From: an uncultured Spirochaetota bacterium
GTDB lineage: Bacteria; Spirochaetota; Brevinematia; Brevinematales; JAOACQ01
Assembly: GCA_963783575.1 (NCBI GenBank)
Contig: CAWAOD010000016.1
Location: 224,001-288,000 of the forward strand
DNA: 64,000 bases
Direction: 5' to 3'
The notes under the pieces were generated by a model, which did not search any database, was not told where the DNA came from, and saw only the letters and a list, made by a program, of their open reading frames with translations. The position numbers and the translations under genes are program-made. Numbering within the stretch: the stretch's first letter is position 1; the number at the start of each line of letters is the position of its first letter. Shown in pieces: positions 31,542 through 41,397 of this stretch.

Positions 31542-31662
31542 TACCCCGCAGCAAGCAGCGGGGTATTAAGTAAGAACACTAAAGGAATCCCCTTGACAGG
31601 GCTCGGGATAAACTTCGTAAGACTTCGAGAAATTAAACCGGGTCAAGCGGCACGCTTGTTAA
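31542..31662 (+). repeat. MITE/REP-like element (~120 bp)
   Basis: taccccgcagcaagcagcggggtatt...aaaccgggtcaagcggcacgcttgttaa; the first ~70 bp are nearly identical to 51593-51665. Confidence 0.8.
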
Positions 31663-31697
31663 ATTTTCAATATAAAACTTATGATTATTAAGAGGAA

Positions 31698-32591
31698 ATG
31701 ATTTTTATGAATTATGATATAACTTTTATAGGCCATATGTGTTACGATGAGATTATTCCATTCGGAGGAAAACCCGTTGTTGCTCCCGGGAGCGCGGTAT
31801 TATGCGGCGCTATGGTTGCGGCAAGGGTCGGAAAAAAAGTTGCGGCTATTGTAAAAATGTCGAAAAAAGATGAAAGCATCTTATCTTCGATGAAAGAAGC
31901 CGGCGTTGACACTTATCTTATTTCAGCCGATGTTACTACATATTCAAGGGTCCTGCATGAATCATCAAACGTAGACGAACGAAAATTGACAATTGTCAGG
32001 ACGGCCGGTCTAATTTCAATAAATGATGTTCCCAAATTAGAATCTAAATGCGTTCATCTTGCAGGGATTTCAGACTCCGAATTCAATATGAGTTTAATGA
32101 AGGGTCTGAAATCGAGGGGATACAGTATGTCGGCCGATATGCAGAGTTTTGTCCGCCAAATAACCTCTGTCACTAACGAAATAAATTTTGCCGATGTGAA
32201 GGATAAAAAGGAAATTGTAAGTTTAATGGATAAAGTCAAACTGGATATCGTCGAAGCAAAAATATTAACAGGAACGGATGATCTTGAGAAAGCCGCTATT
32301 ATTATAGAAAAATGGGGTTGTCCGGAAATAATGATCACTCATTCAAAGGGTGTATTGGCAAGAGTTAAAGGGAAAACTTACTATGAAAAGTTTTCCAATA
32401 ACAGTGTGGTAGGCAGGACAGGCCGTGGGGATACGACTTTTGCGGCTTATCTTTCGTGGAGACTTGATCATGATGCGCAGGAATCCATAAAGTTCGCGGC
32501 GGCTCTTGTTTCAATTAAGATGGAAAGCCAGGGCCCTTTTAAAGGAACACTTGAAGATGTTATGAAAAGAATAAAGGAAGAACATTCTTAA
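31698..32591 (+). CDS. PfkB/ribokinase-family carbohydrate kinase
   Basis: N-terminal IGH..D and APGSA; C-terminal GRTGRGDTTFA anion-hole motif. Confidence 0.88.
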   Translation: MIFMNYDITFIGHMCYDEIIPFGGKPVVAPGSAVLCGAMVAARVGKKVAAIVKMSKKDESILSSMKEAGVDTYLISADVTTYSRVLHESSNVDERKLTIVRTAGLISINDVPKLESKCVHLAGISDSEFNMSLMKGLKSRGYSMSADMQSFVRQITSVTNEINFADVKDKKEIVSLMDKVKLDIVEAKILTGTDDLEKAAIIIEKWGCPEIMITHSKGVLARVKGKTYYEKFSNNSVVGRTGRGDTTFAAYLSWRLDHDAQESIKFAAALVSIKMESQGPFKGTLEDVMKRIKEEHS

Positions 32592-32649
32592 GAAGCAGGG
32601 TGCTTGACTCAGGCGATGCACTGAGCAAAATGCTTTTTAATTTTTATTT

Positions 32650-32966
32650 AAACGTGATGACCGGGACGAGTAACCGTGACGGACATACAGGAAGGGAGGC
32701 CGCGACTGAGAGCCCCTCCCCGGTGCCTGACGGTGAAAACCACCCGCGAGCGGAGCCGGGAACAAAAGAAATCTTTCTTTTAAGTATCGGTATACGGGAA
32801 GGCCCGTTATAGCCTGTAAAGTGTCCGGGGTTTACAATCCCGGGAATTTGGGTGGAACCGCGGAAAAAGCTATAATCAGCTATGCTGATTAAATTAGCTA
32901 TGCTGATTAAATTAGCTATGCTGATTAAATTAGCCCTCCGTCCCTTACAGGATGGAGGGTTTTTTA
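32650..32966 (+). ncRNA. T-box riboswitch (Thr) with terminator
   Basis: AGTA bulge, AGGGA box, GACTGAGA apical loop, specifier GAA-A-ACC-A (ACC = Thr, 32739-32741), CCCGTTA, T-box aatttgggtggaaccgcg (32845-32862), antiterminator partner cgtccc, terminator ccctccgtcc/ggatggagggtttttt. Confidence 0.93.
32878..32934 (+). repeat. Tandem repeat, 3 x 18 bp (agctatgctgattaaatt)
   Basis: Three exact units at 32878, 32896 and 32914, followed by agc. Confidence 0.95.
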
Positions 32967-33006
32967 TTGCTCTTGGAATAATAAATATTATGAGAGGTAT
33001 ACCGGT

Positions 33007-34933
33007 ATGAAGATAACTTTTCCCGACGGCAGTGTGAAGGATTTTGAAACCGGTGCGACCGGATTTAACGTGGCAGTTTCAATTTCAGAAGGTTTAGCGC
33101 GAAATGCCGCCGCTTTTTCTATGAATGGAAAAATGTATGATATGGCATCACCGCTGCCTGGCGACTGCTCGATAAGAATATTGACCTTTAATGACAGGGA
33201 AGGAATTGATATTTTAAGGCACAGCACGGCTCATGTAATGTCATATGCCGTGACGAGAACTTTTCCCTGGTGTAAAACTTGCAATCGGGCCCGTTATTGA
33301 AGACGGTTTTTATTATGACTTTGATAATGCCGAATTGAAGAATTCGGATTTTGAAAGAATTGAAGCGGAAATGAAAAAGATCATTTCGGAGAAAATCCCT
33401 TTTGAAAGGATTGCGGTTTCGAGGGAAGAGGCCCTCAGTCTTTTTAAGAACGAACCATACAAAATCGAGCTTATAAACGAATTACCCGAAGGGGAAGAAA
33501 TCACAATCTACCGCCTGGGGAGTTTCACCGACCTTTGCAAGGGACCTCATCTGCCGAATGCGGGAATGATCAGTGCCTACAAGCTGCTGAGGATCGCCGG
33601 CGCATACTGGAGGGGTGATTCTAAGAATAAGATGCTGATGCGCGTATATGCTACCTGTTTTCCAAATTCCAGGGAACTGAATTCATACCTTGAAATGCGA
33701 AGGACGGCTGAGGAAAATGATCATAACAAGCTTGGGCGCGAGCTCGATCTGTTCATAACCGACAAGGATATCGGACAGGGGCTTCCACTTCTTACGCACC
33801 GCGGAGCGGTGATCAAGCAGGTTTTACAGAGATGGATCGAGGATGAGGAGTTCAAAAGGGGCTACAAGATAACCGCAACACCTTTCATGGCAAAGAGCAA
33901 CCTCTATAAGCTTTCCGGGCATTGGGATCATTACCGGGACGGGATGTTCATTTTCAAGGGAGATGAAAATAAAGGCGGATAAGAGGATCTTTACGGTCTG
34001 CGTCCCATGACATGTCCTTTCCAGTTTAAATTGTACAACCGAAAAAAACACAGCTATAAAGAACTGCCCGTTCGATATGCGGAAACTTCTACTTTATTCC
34101 GCAACGAATCTTCAGGTGAGATGCATGGCTTAATCCGGGTCAGGCAGTTTACGCTTTCGGATGCCCATATAATCTGTCTTCCCGATCAGGTGGAAACAGA
34201 ATTTATGAACGCTCTGGATTTGGTCACATATGTGATGGATACGCTCGGTTTAAAAGACAATATCACATACAGGTTTTCAAAATGGGACCCAAAAAATAAA
34301 GAAAAGTATATCGACAATCCGGAAGCATGGGAGAATTCGCAGGCTGTTCTTAAGAAAATACTCGATAAGTCCGGTTTGTCTTATTTTGAAGCAGACGGCG
34401 AGGCGGCATTTTACGGGCCGAAGCTGGACATCCAGTTTAAGAATGTCTGGGGAAAGGAGGACACAATAATAACATTACAGATTGATTTTGCCCTACCCGG
34501 AAGGTTCAATATGAAATATACCGACAGCGATGGTTCCGAGAAAACGCCGATGGTTGTTCACCGTTCCTCCATAGGATGCTATGAGAGGACAATGGCAACC
34601 CTTATCGAAAGATATGCCGGTAAATTCCCTTTCTGGATTTCTCCCGAACAGGTCCGCATACTTACTGTGAATGATACTCTTTCGGATTATGCTCATTCAA
34701 TCCGGAATAAGCTTATGGAGAGCCAGATCCGGGCTGAAGTTGATGATTCATCCGAAACATTGAACAAAAAAGTTCTGAACGCCCGGAAAGAGTACATTCC
34801 CGCAATCGTCACAGTGGGCAATAAGGAAAAAGAGGCCGGTACCATATCGGTCAGAACACTTGACGGAAAAGTCAAATTCGGCCTGGCATCGGATGAATTT
34901 ATCGGTAAATGCCGCAATCTTTGCGATACTTGA
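33007..34933 (+). pseudogene. thrS: Threonyl-tRNA synthetase with a +1 indel (~33258) and an in-frame TAA (33980-33982); true pseudogene or sequence error
   Basis: TGS domain, RHSTAH, DLCKGPH, GAYWRG, SGHWDHY, RPMTCP, RVRQFTLSDAH, AFYGPKLD, anticodon-binding domain. Confidence 0.93.
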
Positions 34934-34942
34934 AACTGTATT

Positions 34943-35569
34943 TTAATACTCAAATTCCACATCAACAGGAATTGTTGAATCGGCGGTTTTCAAGTCATTG
35001 TTCTTTGAAGCATAGCCTGATAAAAATTCACGGGTCAGGTAATATCTTTTGCCCTTTTCACCGCTTATATGGTCTTTTTTCTCAATTATAAAATATACAT
35101 CGGAATCTTTAATATCTCCGCTGTCTGTCACGCCGGCTGTATCCTGGGAATTTGTCGATTCAATGAGCCTGGTTTCGGCAATTTTTCCCTCTTTCTCTTT
35201 TTCATAAATCAGCTTTTTACTGTCCGTATAATAAGTATAATACTCATTCATATCAGTATATTCAAATTTTACAGAATACCACACTTCCCATTTGTAACTT
35301 ATACCGTTTACCAATAAAATGTCTACTCTAAGGAAATTATCGTCATAACAGGAAATTACGCCTTTAATATCACATTCCAAAACATTATTGGCATCAGAAC
35401 TCCACGCAGGTTCCTCATCGGGTGAAACAACCCAATCATCGGCAGTATAAGGTTCAAAAGCATCCTTAACTTTTGTGGAATCCCTGTGCGGCGGTGTTTC
35501 TGCAAAAATAATAACCGCAGTCATTAGAAAAAAAACAATAGAAAGTAAGAATATCAATCGCTTTTTCAT
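34943..35569 (-). CDS. Hypothetical secreted protein
   Basis: Signal peptide MKKRLIFLLS...IIFA; RBS gaaggagg. Confidence 0.75.
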   Translation of the reverse strand: MKKRLIFLLSIVFFLMTAVIIFAETPPHRDSTKVKDAFEPYTADDWVVSPDEEPAWSSDANNVLECDIKGVISCYDDNFLRVDILLVNGISYKWEVWYSVKFEYTDMNEYYTYYTDSKKLIYEKEKEGKIAETRLIESTNSQDTAGVTDSGDIKDSDVYFIIEKKDHISGEKGKRYYLTREFLSGYASKNNDLKTADSTIPVDVEFEY

Positions 35570-35697
35570 AACTTCAATCCTCCTTCGGATTTAACTTACT
35601 CAAATACCTGGTTTTGGGCCGTTAATTCTCTAAATCATCCGGGTGAATATCTCTCAGTTCAGCCGGATTAGAATAATTAATATTGCGTTTTCAAAAA

Positions 35698-36351
35698 CTA
35701 TTTTATAAGTTCCGGATATGTCCTGGTTAAAGCCTCTATTTTCGGTTTATCCCACATTTCTATATACGGATAATCCGGATTTTTATCCATAAAATGCTGG
35801 TGATAATCCTCAGCTTTGTAAAATGCAGAAAAAGTCTCCAATTTAGTAGCTATCGGTTTTGAAAAAATTTTTGCATTATTTAGAGTTTTTATATAATCTT
35901 CAGCAATACTTTTCTGCATTGGGTTTGTATAAAAAATTATCGACCTGTACTGTGTACCGAAATCAGGCCCCTGGCGGTTAATCTCCGTGGGATCATGTGC
36001 GATTGAGAAAAAAACCTTTAAAAGCGTTCCATATTTTATTACGGAAGGATCATATGTGATTTTTACCGTTTCGGCATGTCCTGTTAAACCGCTACTGACC
36101 ATCTCATAAGTCGGGTTAACTGCCGATCCGCCTGAATACCCTGTTTCCGTTCCAACCACTCCCTTCAGCCTTTCAAAAACACCTTCAACTCCCCAGAAAC
36201 ATCCGCCGGCGAATAGCGCTGTCCGGATTCCTGTTTCTTTGTCCGCCCTGGGTTCGGGAAAGGGCTTCAATGAAAATGAAATATCAGTAAACAGCAGTAA
36301 AACCGAAAAGGCAAGAGCCGTTGTTTTTATTAATCTATAAAAATTAAGCAT
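35698..36351 (-). CDS. msrA: Exported peptide-methionine (S)-S-oxide reductase
   Basis: Signal peptide, GGCFWGVE, GTQYRS, AEDYHQ. Confidence 0.93.
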   Translation of the reverse strand: MLNFYRLIKTTALAFSVLLLFTDISFSLKPFPEPRADKETGIRTALFAGGCFWGVEGVFERLKGVVGTETGYSGGSAVNPTYEMVSSGLTGHAETVKITYDPSVIKYGTLLKVFFSIAHDPTEINRQGPDFGTQYRSIIFYTNPMQKSIAEDYIKTLNNAKIFSKPIATKLETFSAFYKAEDYHQHFMDKNPDYPYIEMWDKPKIEALTRTYPELIK

Positions 36352-36484
36352 ATTTTTACCTCCAAGATCATTTAAATGAATTCATAAGATATAGACTTAT
36401 ATAGAAATTTAAATAGTTTTCAATTTTTAGTCAAATGCCTTATTATATTGTTGAAAATTTTGATTTATAATAATAGAGTAGATT

Positions 36485-36868
36485 ATGAAATATTTTTATA
36501 TCCTGATTGGAAGCGGAACCGGAGGAATAATCAGGTATCTGTTTTCAAGATGGGTTTACAGCCTGTCTGCCGGGACTTTTCCGATAGGTACGCTTGTGGT
36601 AAATTTGCTGGGATGCTTGATTATTGGTTTTCTAGCCGGATTATTTGAATATTGGGTTGTCTCACCAAATCTGAGGCTCTTTATTTTTGTCGGTTTTTTA
36701 GGCGGTTTTACAACATTTTCTTCATTCGGACTTGAAACATTCAATCTGATAAAAAATTCGGAAATCAGGTCCGCTTTTTTCAATATAATACTGAGCGATA
36801 TATTTGGGATCGGATTGGTATTTGCTGGATATTTATTATCTCAATTGTTCATTAAAGCAGTAAGATAG
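36485..36868 (+). CDS. crcB: Fluoride efflux channel FluC/CrcB
   Basis: GGIIRY, FPIGTLVVN, GFLGGFTTFSSF. Confidence 0.95.
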   Translation: MKYFYILIGSGTGGIIRYLFSRWVYSLSAGTFPIGTLVVNLLGCLIIGFLAGLFEYWVVSPNLRLFIFVGFLGGFTTFSSFGLETFNLIKNSEIRSAFFNIILSDIFGIGLVFAGYLLSQLFIKAVR

Positions 36869-36878
36869 GGAGCGTTTT

Positions 36879-37225
36879 ATGGATAATAACCGCTTAAAAA
36901 TTGTTGAAGACGATGTTTTAATACGGATTTATGTGAGCGAAAAGGAAAAGCTTCATGGAGACCGCTTTATGAATCGATAGTATTGAAAGCGAGGGAAATT
37001 GGTCTTGCAGGAGCAACTGTCTCAAGGGGGATATTGGGTTTCGGCGCAGACAGAAGGATGCATTCGGCAAAGCTTCTGGAGCTTTCTGAAAATCTTCCGA
37101 TTATTATTGAAATTGTCGACCTGGAAGAAAACATCGAGCGTTTATTGCCTTTCCTGGATGAAAACGTAAAGGACGGTTTTTTAACTATGGAAAAGGTGCA
37201 TGTCACAAAGTACCGGCATAAATAA
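36879..37225 (+). CDS. DUF190 (PII-like) protein with an apparent 1-bp deletion near 36958
   Basis: LIRIYVSE..HG / PLYESIV...GLAGATVSRGILGFG...LPIIIEIVD; usual neighbour of crcB. Confidence 0.85.
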
Positions 37226-37226
37226 T

Positions 37227-38513
37227 TTAAATGGAATGCTTATCAAAAAGCAGTTTATAAGCTTCCCTGAAAACCTGTACTTCGATAAGGCAAAATCCTG
37301 AATCTGTTTGAATATGGTCGCCTCCGTTCATAATAAAAATTATACCGAATTTTCCGGCCGGGTTGAAATACATGCCGCTTAACAATCCGAAAACATCGCC
37401 CCTGTGCCCATACATCCTGACTCCCGGTATCAAATCTTCTGTAATCTGTATAAATAATCCGTTTCCATTCCAATGCGCTTCAAGCATTCTTTCAACTGTT
37501 GATTTATTTAGAATTTTTACCATATTGGTTCCTTTATAGTAAATGCCCCCGTTGATCAGAACCTCCATAATCTTCGCTAGACCTGTAGCGCGGGTTCTGA
37601 AATTGCCCTGAGGTCCGAAAATTGCGGGATTTTTTCCGGGATCATAGCCTGTAAGGTCAGGGGGTTCTGGTTTTCCTCCCCCGTAATCGTCACCGGAAAT
37701 ATGAGGAACAAAATCCTCATCCAGCTGATAAACGACAGCGACTTTATTAATATTTGATATAGATTGAATAGTAAAACCGCCATGCATACCAAGAGGTTTG
37801 AGAATTTCGTCGTTGACAAATTGGTCGAAACGTTTTCCGGATACCTTACCGATTATGGCGCCTGCAATGATAGCCCCGAGATTACTATACTCATAAAATG
37901 TCCCCGGGGCATTATCCAGCCATATTTCGGGATTATAGTATGAACCGCCGGGGGTCAATACCTCTTTCAATGACGGTGGATTGGAAGAAAAACTTGCCGA
38001 TATGAAATCATTATTCATACCGCTGTCATTAATACCGGATGTATGCGTCATAATCTGTTTTATAGTAATGGGGACATTTGGGTATTTCGGATTTCTAACG
38101 GAATACCCAAGGTATTTGCCGATATCGTCATCAATGCTTTCAATTAAACCGGAATCGAAAAGCTTCATTAAAGCCATTCCGGTTATTGTTTTGGATATGG
38201 ATGCGATAAGAAAGACGGTGTCATTATCTACTTTTATTTTACGCCCGATATCGGCATAACCGTAATTATAGATAAACCGCACCGAATCATCTTTATACCC
38301 GAGTATGGTCATACCTACAGCATGATTCTGTTCGGCGATTTTTTTAAAAGGCTCCAGTGCAGGGTTTGGTGATTTTCCATCTGTGCCGTCAATAAATGTT
38401 TTATGATTTATAAAAGGGCTTTTGACGGGAAGAAATAGAAAAATGATTAACAAAATATAATAAATTATTGGAAATACTAAATTTTTAAATAGCATATAAT
38501 TATTATAAACCAA
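37227..38513 (-). CDS. Serine hydrolase, beta-lactamase class C / PBP-like family
   Basis: SISK (SxxK), MTHTSG, YSN, HRG; N-terminal membrane anchor. Confidence 0.88.
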   Translation of the reverse strand: MVYNNYMLFKNLVFPIIYYILLIIFLFLPVKSPFINHKTFIDGTDGKSPNPALEPFKKIAEQNHAVGMTILGYKDDSVRFIYNYGYADIGRKIKVDNDTVFLIASISKTITGMALMKLFDSGLIESIDDDIGKYLGYSVRNPKYPNVPITIKQIMTHTSGINDSGMNNDFISASFSSNPPSLKEVLTPGGSYYNPEIWLDNAPGTFYEYSNLGAIIAGAIIGKVSGKRFDQFVNDEILKPLGMHGGFTIQSISNINKVAVVYQLDEDFVPHISGDDYGGGKPEPPDLTGYDPGKNPAIFGPQGNFRTRATGLAKIMEVLINGGIYYKGTNMVKILNKSTVERMLEAHWNGNGLFIQITEDLIPGVRMYGHRGDVFGLLSGMYFNPAGKFGIIFIMNGGDHIQTDSGFCLIEVQVFREAYKLLFDKHSI

Positions 38514-38651
38514 ATCATTTTTTTAGTAAATTTGCCGGATTGATTTAGCAAAAATTTAATTTGGACAAGTTATATAATCATAAAAGACATTTTGACTTTT
38601 TTTTGTTTTTGATTAAACTTCCGATTATAGCAATAAAGGAGACATGCTATT

Positions 38652-39008
38652 ATGGAAATAATAGGTTATGGAATATTAGGAATATTGGCGGGATTGTTTA
38701 GCGGACTATTAGGTATCGGCGGAGCAATTGTAGTGATTCCGGCATTAATTTTCATTTTCGGGTTTGATCAAAAAACAGCACAGGGAACAACATTATTCCT
38801 GATGCTGCCGCCGATAGGGATTATGGCTTTTCTGGAATATTATAAAGCCGGAAATGTTAATATCAAAGCAGGCATAATTATTGCAATTTTCTTTATTCTC
38901 GGCGGGTGGCTCGGCGGAATATTTGTCGGAAGGATCGACAACAATATCCTTAGAAAAATATTCGCCCTGTTCCTGATAGCCGTTTCTGTAAATATGCTGA
39001 TTAAATGA
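38652..39008 (+). CDS. TauE/SafE (TSUP) family half-size transporter
   Basis: SGLLGIGGAIVVIP, QKTAQGTTL. Confidence 0.85.
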   Translation: MEIIGYGILGILAGLFSGLLGIGGAIVVIPALIFIFGFDQKTAQGTTLFLMLPPIGIMAFLEYYKAGNVNIKAGIIIAIFFILGGWLGGIFVGRIDNNILRKIFALFLIAVSVNMLIK

Positions 39009-39369
39009 TTGATTTGTCCCATTCGGTCAATGTCAGTATCAATCTTGTAGAAATGCTTGTATAATCACCATTAAAGTTAATCATTTTTTTTGCCTCATCA
39101 TCTTTTCCTGCCAGAACCAGAACAGCAACCTGTTTGACAATTCTATGAAATTCGGTATGAAGTTCTTTAACTTTACTGTAATATTCGGATTGTTTATCTT
39201 TTTCTGTTATTGTATCTCCGTAAAGCCATTTACCGAAATCGCAATTATTGTCTGTACCCGCCTTATCTATATCAAAATCTACCGTCATTCCGTTAATATA
39301 TTCAAGAAGCCTCCTTTTCCAGGTGCCATGGGCAAGTATAGCCTTATTGATTTCATCTTTCAGTCCCAT
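39001..39369 (-). CDS. Stand-alone CZB (chemoreceptor zinc-binding) domain protein
   Basis: AHGTWK, CDFGKWLY, HTEFH. Confidence 0.88.
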   Translation of the reverse strand: MGLKDEINKAILAHGTWKRRLLEYINGMTVDFDIDKAGTDNNCDFGKWLYGDTITEKDKQSEYYSKVKELHTEFHRIVKQVAVLVLAGKDDEAKKMINFNGDYTSISTRLILTLTEWDKSII

Positions 39370-39500
39370 TTATTTCCTCCTGATTCCTAAAATATAGTTA
39401 ATTATTCTAATAAAAGAATACAAACAAAAGTAGGATTTGTCAATTCGGAAAGTATTATAAGGGCAGTTCCAAAAACTCAATAAAAGTCACCCTGAGCTTG

Positions 39501-41191
39501 CAGACTGTGTGAAAACTCAGTAAAATTTTATAGTAAAATCGATTAATTATACAAAAACTCCATTTTTTGATATATTTTTCAAGCTAAAAAAATCTTAGTT
39601 TAAAAAATCTATCCGAATACGATAAACGATGGTTTATTAGCATCAAACCAGAGTCATAAGTCTCTTTATTCCCAATATATTCAATACTTTTATTAAATTA
39701 TGAATGAATCCTGCCAAACTGGATTCCGTCAGAACGCCATCCTTTCCCTTCATTAAAAAATAACTGTAACCCATATTCCTTTTTATCGATCCAAATGGAT
39801 GTTCACATATCTCTTTCCTTTTCTCTATGATCTTTTTCCCGGCTTCAGAACGAATTTTCCTCTTGAAGTTCTCAATTTCTTCTTTTCTAACTGGTACTTT
39901 GATACTTCGTCCTTCCACGCTTTCAGTACACTTATTTCTTACTTCACATTGGCTGCATAAGCCGCACTTGTACCTGACTATCTCTTTTCCTCCATTGACC
40001 TTCTCTACTTTTTTCCCATTTCTCACTAATGGGTTTCCCTCCGGACAATAATAAACATTTTGTCCCGGATCATATTTGAATTTATCAACCTGGTATTCTT
40101 CAGCAGGTACTCCTTTATTATCTTCTTTGCCTCGAATCCTTGCCTTATGTCCGTCATCCGGATTCGGCATATATACGTTATGTCCCTTATCTATACATTC
40201 CAGTATCTGCGGTTCGCTGTAATAACCGGCATCCGATACTTTGACCGTTTCAGTCTCTACCTTAAGCTCGTCCTTTATTTCTTCTACTCGGTCACACATT
40301 CCTGCCATCTGTTTGATATCATTGTTTTCATTCGTCACATCAATCGCCACAATCAGTTTATTCGCATCATCTACTGCCATCTGCAGATTATATGCAATGT
40401 CGGATTTCCCTTTATCATTCATAAACCGGCTTTCCGGGTCATTTGAATAATATTTCTCCATTTCAGGATTTCCCTCAAAAATCTTTTTAATAGCCTCAAC
40501 TTTATCCTTTTTTGTTTTCATTTTCTTTAAACGTTCCGCTATCTTTCCGGAAAGAAATTCAAATTCATTCTTTTCTTCCTTATCGTTCTTATCCATCTCA
40601 TTCAAATATTCTTCGATCTTTTGATCTATTCTATGTATGATTTCTTCTATGTTTTTCCTATGATAAACATTGTTATTGTGGTTTTGCGCACTGATCTTGG
40701 TTCCATCAATTCCAACAACGTCAAATGATAAAAGCCCGGCTTTATGACATATCTTCAAAAATTCTCTGAATATCGACTGTATTCCCTTCTTATTATCTTT
40801 CCTGAAGTCGGCAATCGTCTTGAAATCCGGCGCTAGTCGTCCAGTCAGCCACATCAACTCTGTGTTTCTTCGGCACTCTCTCTCTAATTTCCTGCTTGTC
40901 CTGATTTTATTCAAATATCCGTAAATATAGATTTTTAAAAGTATTTCGGATTTATATGAACTTCTGCCGGTTGATGCTTCTTTTACTTTAAAACCAACTC
41001 CTTTCATATTTAGCTTATCAACAAAAATATCTATAAACCTTACCGGATCTTCTTCTCCTAACAGATCTTCCAGTGTTTCATTGAACAGAACTATCTGATC
41101 CCTTGATTCTCCCTCAATATGCTTCATCTCTTACTCCGATTATTTTTGTTCTAATAATTATAGCATATTTACTGTGTTTTCACACAGTCTG
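39501..41191 (-). mobile_element. IS1182-family insertion sequence
   Basis: 24-bp inverted repeats cagactgtgtgaaaac(t/a)cagtaaa at 39501-39524 and 41168-41191; ttg duplicated on the flanks. Confidence 0.9.
39643..41127 (-). CDS. IS1182-family DDE transposase (intact)
   Basis: LLKIYIYGY...SRKLER...PDFKTIADFRK, IDGTK, DAGY, YYCPEG, RKEICEHPFGSIK. Confidence 0.93.
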   Translation of the reverse strand: MKHIEGESRDQIVLFNETLEDLLGEEDPVRFIDIFVDKLNMKGVGFKVKEASTGRSSYKSEILLKIYIYGYLNKIRTSRKLERECRRNTELMWLTGRLAPDFKTIADFRKDNKKGIQSIFREFLKICHKAGLLSFDVVGIDGTKISAQNHNNNVYHRKNIEEIIHRIDQKIEEYLNEMDKNDKEEKNEFEFLSGKIAERLKKMKTKKDKVEAIKKIFEGNPEMEKYYSNDPESRFMNDKGKSDIAYNLQMAVDDANKLIVAIDVTNENNDIKQMAGMCDRVEEIKDELKVETETVKVSDAGYYSEPQILECIDKGHNVYMPNPDDGHKARIRGKEDNKGVPAEEYQVDKFKYDPGQNVYYCPEGNPLVRNGKKVEKVNGGKEIVRYKCGLCSQCEVRNKCTESVEGRSIKVPVRKEEIENFKRKIRSEAGKKIIEKRKEICEHPFGSIKRNMGYSYFLMKGKDGVLTESSLAGFIHNLIKVLNILGIKRLMTLV

Positions 41192-41322
41192 TTGACGAAT
41201 GGGTGACAAGTTTTTATGTAATTATAGTCATTCTTCGTCAAGCTCAGTATGACGCTTATGGCATAAATTAGTTTTTAGAACTGCCCATAAATAAATTTTT
41301 AATAACTATTTTTAAAATTTAC

Positions 41323-41376
41323 TTGACAATCTGAAATTTTTATGGTATTCTATATCATACTAATTATATAGGAATA
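41323..41376 (+). promoter_or_regulatory. Promoter and candidate Rrf2 autoregulatory operator
   Basis: ttgaca (41323), 17-bp spacer, TG-extended tattct (41346), followed by the imperfect palindrome atcatactaattatataggaat. Confidence 0.65.
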
Positions 41377-41397
41377 ATATAATATTAGGAACCTGGA

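Larger units (their letters stand above)
39461..41286. mobile_element. MITE of about 130 bp, split by the IS1182 insertion
   Basis: 17-bp inverted repeats gggcagttccaaaaact (39461-39477) and agtttttagaactgccc (41270-41286), 1 mismatch; 4-bp ataa duplicated on both flanks. Confidence 0.75.

Noticed and set aside
32600..32812. 70-aa ORF from the track
   Set aside because: It coincides with the thrS promoter and T-box stem I, so it is non-coding RNA sequence.
32878..32934. Possible CRISPR array
   Set aside because: The 18-bp units are head-to-tail with no spacers, and there are no cas genes; it is a VNTR.
1601..33982. Stop-codon reassignment explaining the in-frame TAG and TAA
   Set aside because: TAG and TAA terminate many intact genes here (e.g. 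murE and cysK end in TAG, msrA also), and both affected genes additionally have frameshifts.
36360..36484. Fluoride riboswitch upstream of crcB
   Set aside because: No GGCGATGG-like core; the region is short, AT-rich promoter DNA.
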